From Antedon mediterranea (taxonomy: Eukaryota; Animalia; Echinodermata), in NCBI RefSeq assembly GCF_964355755.1, contig NC_092675.1, positions 29,856,912 to 29,920,911 of the forward strand: DNA of 64,000 nt, read 5' to 3'. The notes beneath the pieces were generated by a model, which saw only the letters and a program-made list of their open reading frames with translations, had not been told where the DNA came from and did no database searches. A program made the translations under genes and the position numbers. This document shows positions 62,200 through 64,000 of this stretch, in pieces. The stretch's first letter is position 1; each line of letters begins with the position of its first letter.

Positions 62200-63920
62200 A
62201 TATATCATCAATCACAATATCAAATATGATCAGTGTAGTCAAAATTTGATAACTTAGCATGAATCTTTTAATATCTACATCATCAATAATTAATATTAAT
62301 ATAAATCTACATCACAATGTTGGATATGATCTTTGTAGTCAAAATTTGATAACTGAGCACGCATCTTTTAATAACTACCTTATCAATAACTATTGATGAC
62401 TTGTTTAAATTACATAGACTTTCATTAGGATTTAAGGTGTTGAAAGGTTACTGTCCCCATTCTTTCAATGAGTATATTAAAACTAGTGAAAGATGTCCGG
62501 GTAGGCTTTTACGTTGGAATTCGAAAGGCAATACTTTTCATAATTCTGTATTTGTTTCCTTTCCTAGACTATGGGAGCAAATACCAAATGACATAAAAGA
62601 TTCACAAACAATTTCAATATTTAAGGCTGCTCTAACAAAACACTATATTTCATGTTATGTATAATTTATTTGTATTTTTCTTGTATATGGTTTTATCTTA
62701 ACTGTTTGTATTGTATGGAGTGAGTGCAGAATCTGTTTGGGCTTTAGCCTATTCTCATTCCTGGTTATTTTTACATTGATGACCGAATAAATATTATTAT
62801 TATTATTATTAATAATGTCCTATATCACAATGTAGGATATGATCAGTGTTAGTCATAATTTGATAACTGAGCACGCATCTTTTAATATCTACCTCATCAA
62901 TAATTAATATTAATATCATATATCACATTGTTCGATATGATCAGTGAAGTCAGAATTTGATAACTGAGCACGCATCTTTTAATATATACCTTATCAATGA
63001 CTATTAATAATATCCTATATCACAATGTTGGATATGATTAGTGTAGTCATAATTTGATAACTGAGCACGCATCTTTCAATATCTATTTCATCAATAATTA
63101 TTATTAATAATTTATATCACATTGTTCGATGTGATCAGTGTAGTCATAATTTGATAACTGAGCACGCATCTTTTAATATCTACCTCATCAATAATTAATA
63201 TTAATAATCTATATCACATTGTTCGATATGATCAGTGTAGTCATAATTTGATAACTGAGCATGCATCTTTTAATATCTACCTCATCAATAATTAATATTA
63301 ATACTCTATATCGCATTGTTCAATATGATCAGTGTAGTCATAATATGATAACTGAGCATGCATCTTTTAATATCTACCTTATCAATGACTATTAATAATA
63401 TCCTATATCACAATGTTGGATATGATTAGTGTAGTCATAATTTGATAACTGAGCACGCATCTTTCAATATCTATTTCATCAATAATTATTATTAATAATT
63501 TATATCACATTGCTGGATATGATCAGTGTAGTCATAATTTGATAACTGAGCACGCATCTTTCAATATCTATTTCATCAATAATTATTATTAATAATTTAT
63601 ATCACATTGTTGGATATGATCAGTGTAGTCATAATTTGATAACTGAGCATACATCTTTAAAAATCTACCTCATTAATAATTAATATTAATAATCTATCAC
63701 ACTGTTGGATATGATCTGTTTAGTTTTTTAATATCTACCTTTTCCAAAATAATATTCTATATCACAATGTTGGATATGATCAGTGTAATCATAGTTTGAA
63801 CTACCTCAACAATAATTAATATTAATTGTCTATATACCAATATCAAATATCAGTGTAGGCCTAGTCATTTGATAACTGAGCATGCATCATTTTATATCTG
63901 CTTCAAATATTAATATTGTC
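62200..63920. repeat. 97-bp satellite (~14 units) interrupted by a LINE fragment
   Basis: TGATAACTGAGC recurs at 62861, 62958, 63055, 63152, 63249, 63346, 63443, 63540 and 63637 (period 97). Two further units lie before 62395. Confidence 0.95.
62396..62810 (+). mobile_element. L2/Crack-like LINE 3' fragment with (TAT)n tail
   Basis: ORF ...FKVLKGYCP...FPRLWEQIPNDIKDSQTISIFKAALTKHY resembles a LINE ORF2 C-terminus. AATAAA and (TAT)n follow, then the satellite resumes. Confidence 0.75.
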
Positions 63921-64000
63921 CTAATATAATAAGTGGTTTGAAGGATTTTTGCAGATGGCCTTTTTTGCATTGTAAAGTTTACACTTTAAAATCTGTCAAT

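Noticed and set aside
62200-63920. CRISPR-like or coding repeat
   Set aside because: Contiguous 97-bp units without spacers and with many stop codons.

Overview
AT-rich, intron-rich animal genomic DNA (inferred marine invertebrate deuterostome, echinoderm-like). I reconstructed five spliced genes by hand from GT-AG junctions: two tandem 19-exon neutral ceramidase paralogues (+, 2951-16498 and 25281-33592), a 4-exon secreted PAN/apple + fibrinogen-domain gene between them (-, 21358-18158), a collagen prolyl 4-hydroxylase alpha subunit (+, CDS 36675-54359) and an enkurin-domain ENKD1-like gene (-, CDS 60147-56840). Introns carry many LINE fragments (CR1, RTE, Rex1/L2-like), MITEs and satellites. 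The most striking feature is a 5.9-kb array of about 279 x 21-bp units inside the P4HA gene. Each unit copies that gene's own exon end plus 5' splice site, and read-through meets an in-frame stop at once; the giant minus-strand ORFs over it are artefacts. Also notable: a pair of P4HA2-type putative mutually exclusive exons, an intact-looking cloverleaf with a Glu-like body and ATC anticodon between 70-bp direct repeats, a Penelope-type minimal hammerhead motif, a long G-U-compatible stem in the P4HA 3'UTR, a satellite built from a MITE end, and CTAG/AGGCCT-rich tracts near gene 5' ends. Family assignments rest on recalled motifs; no database searches were run.
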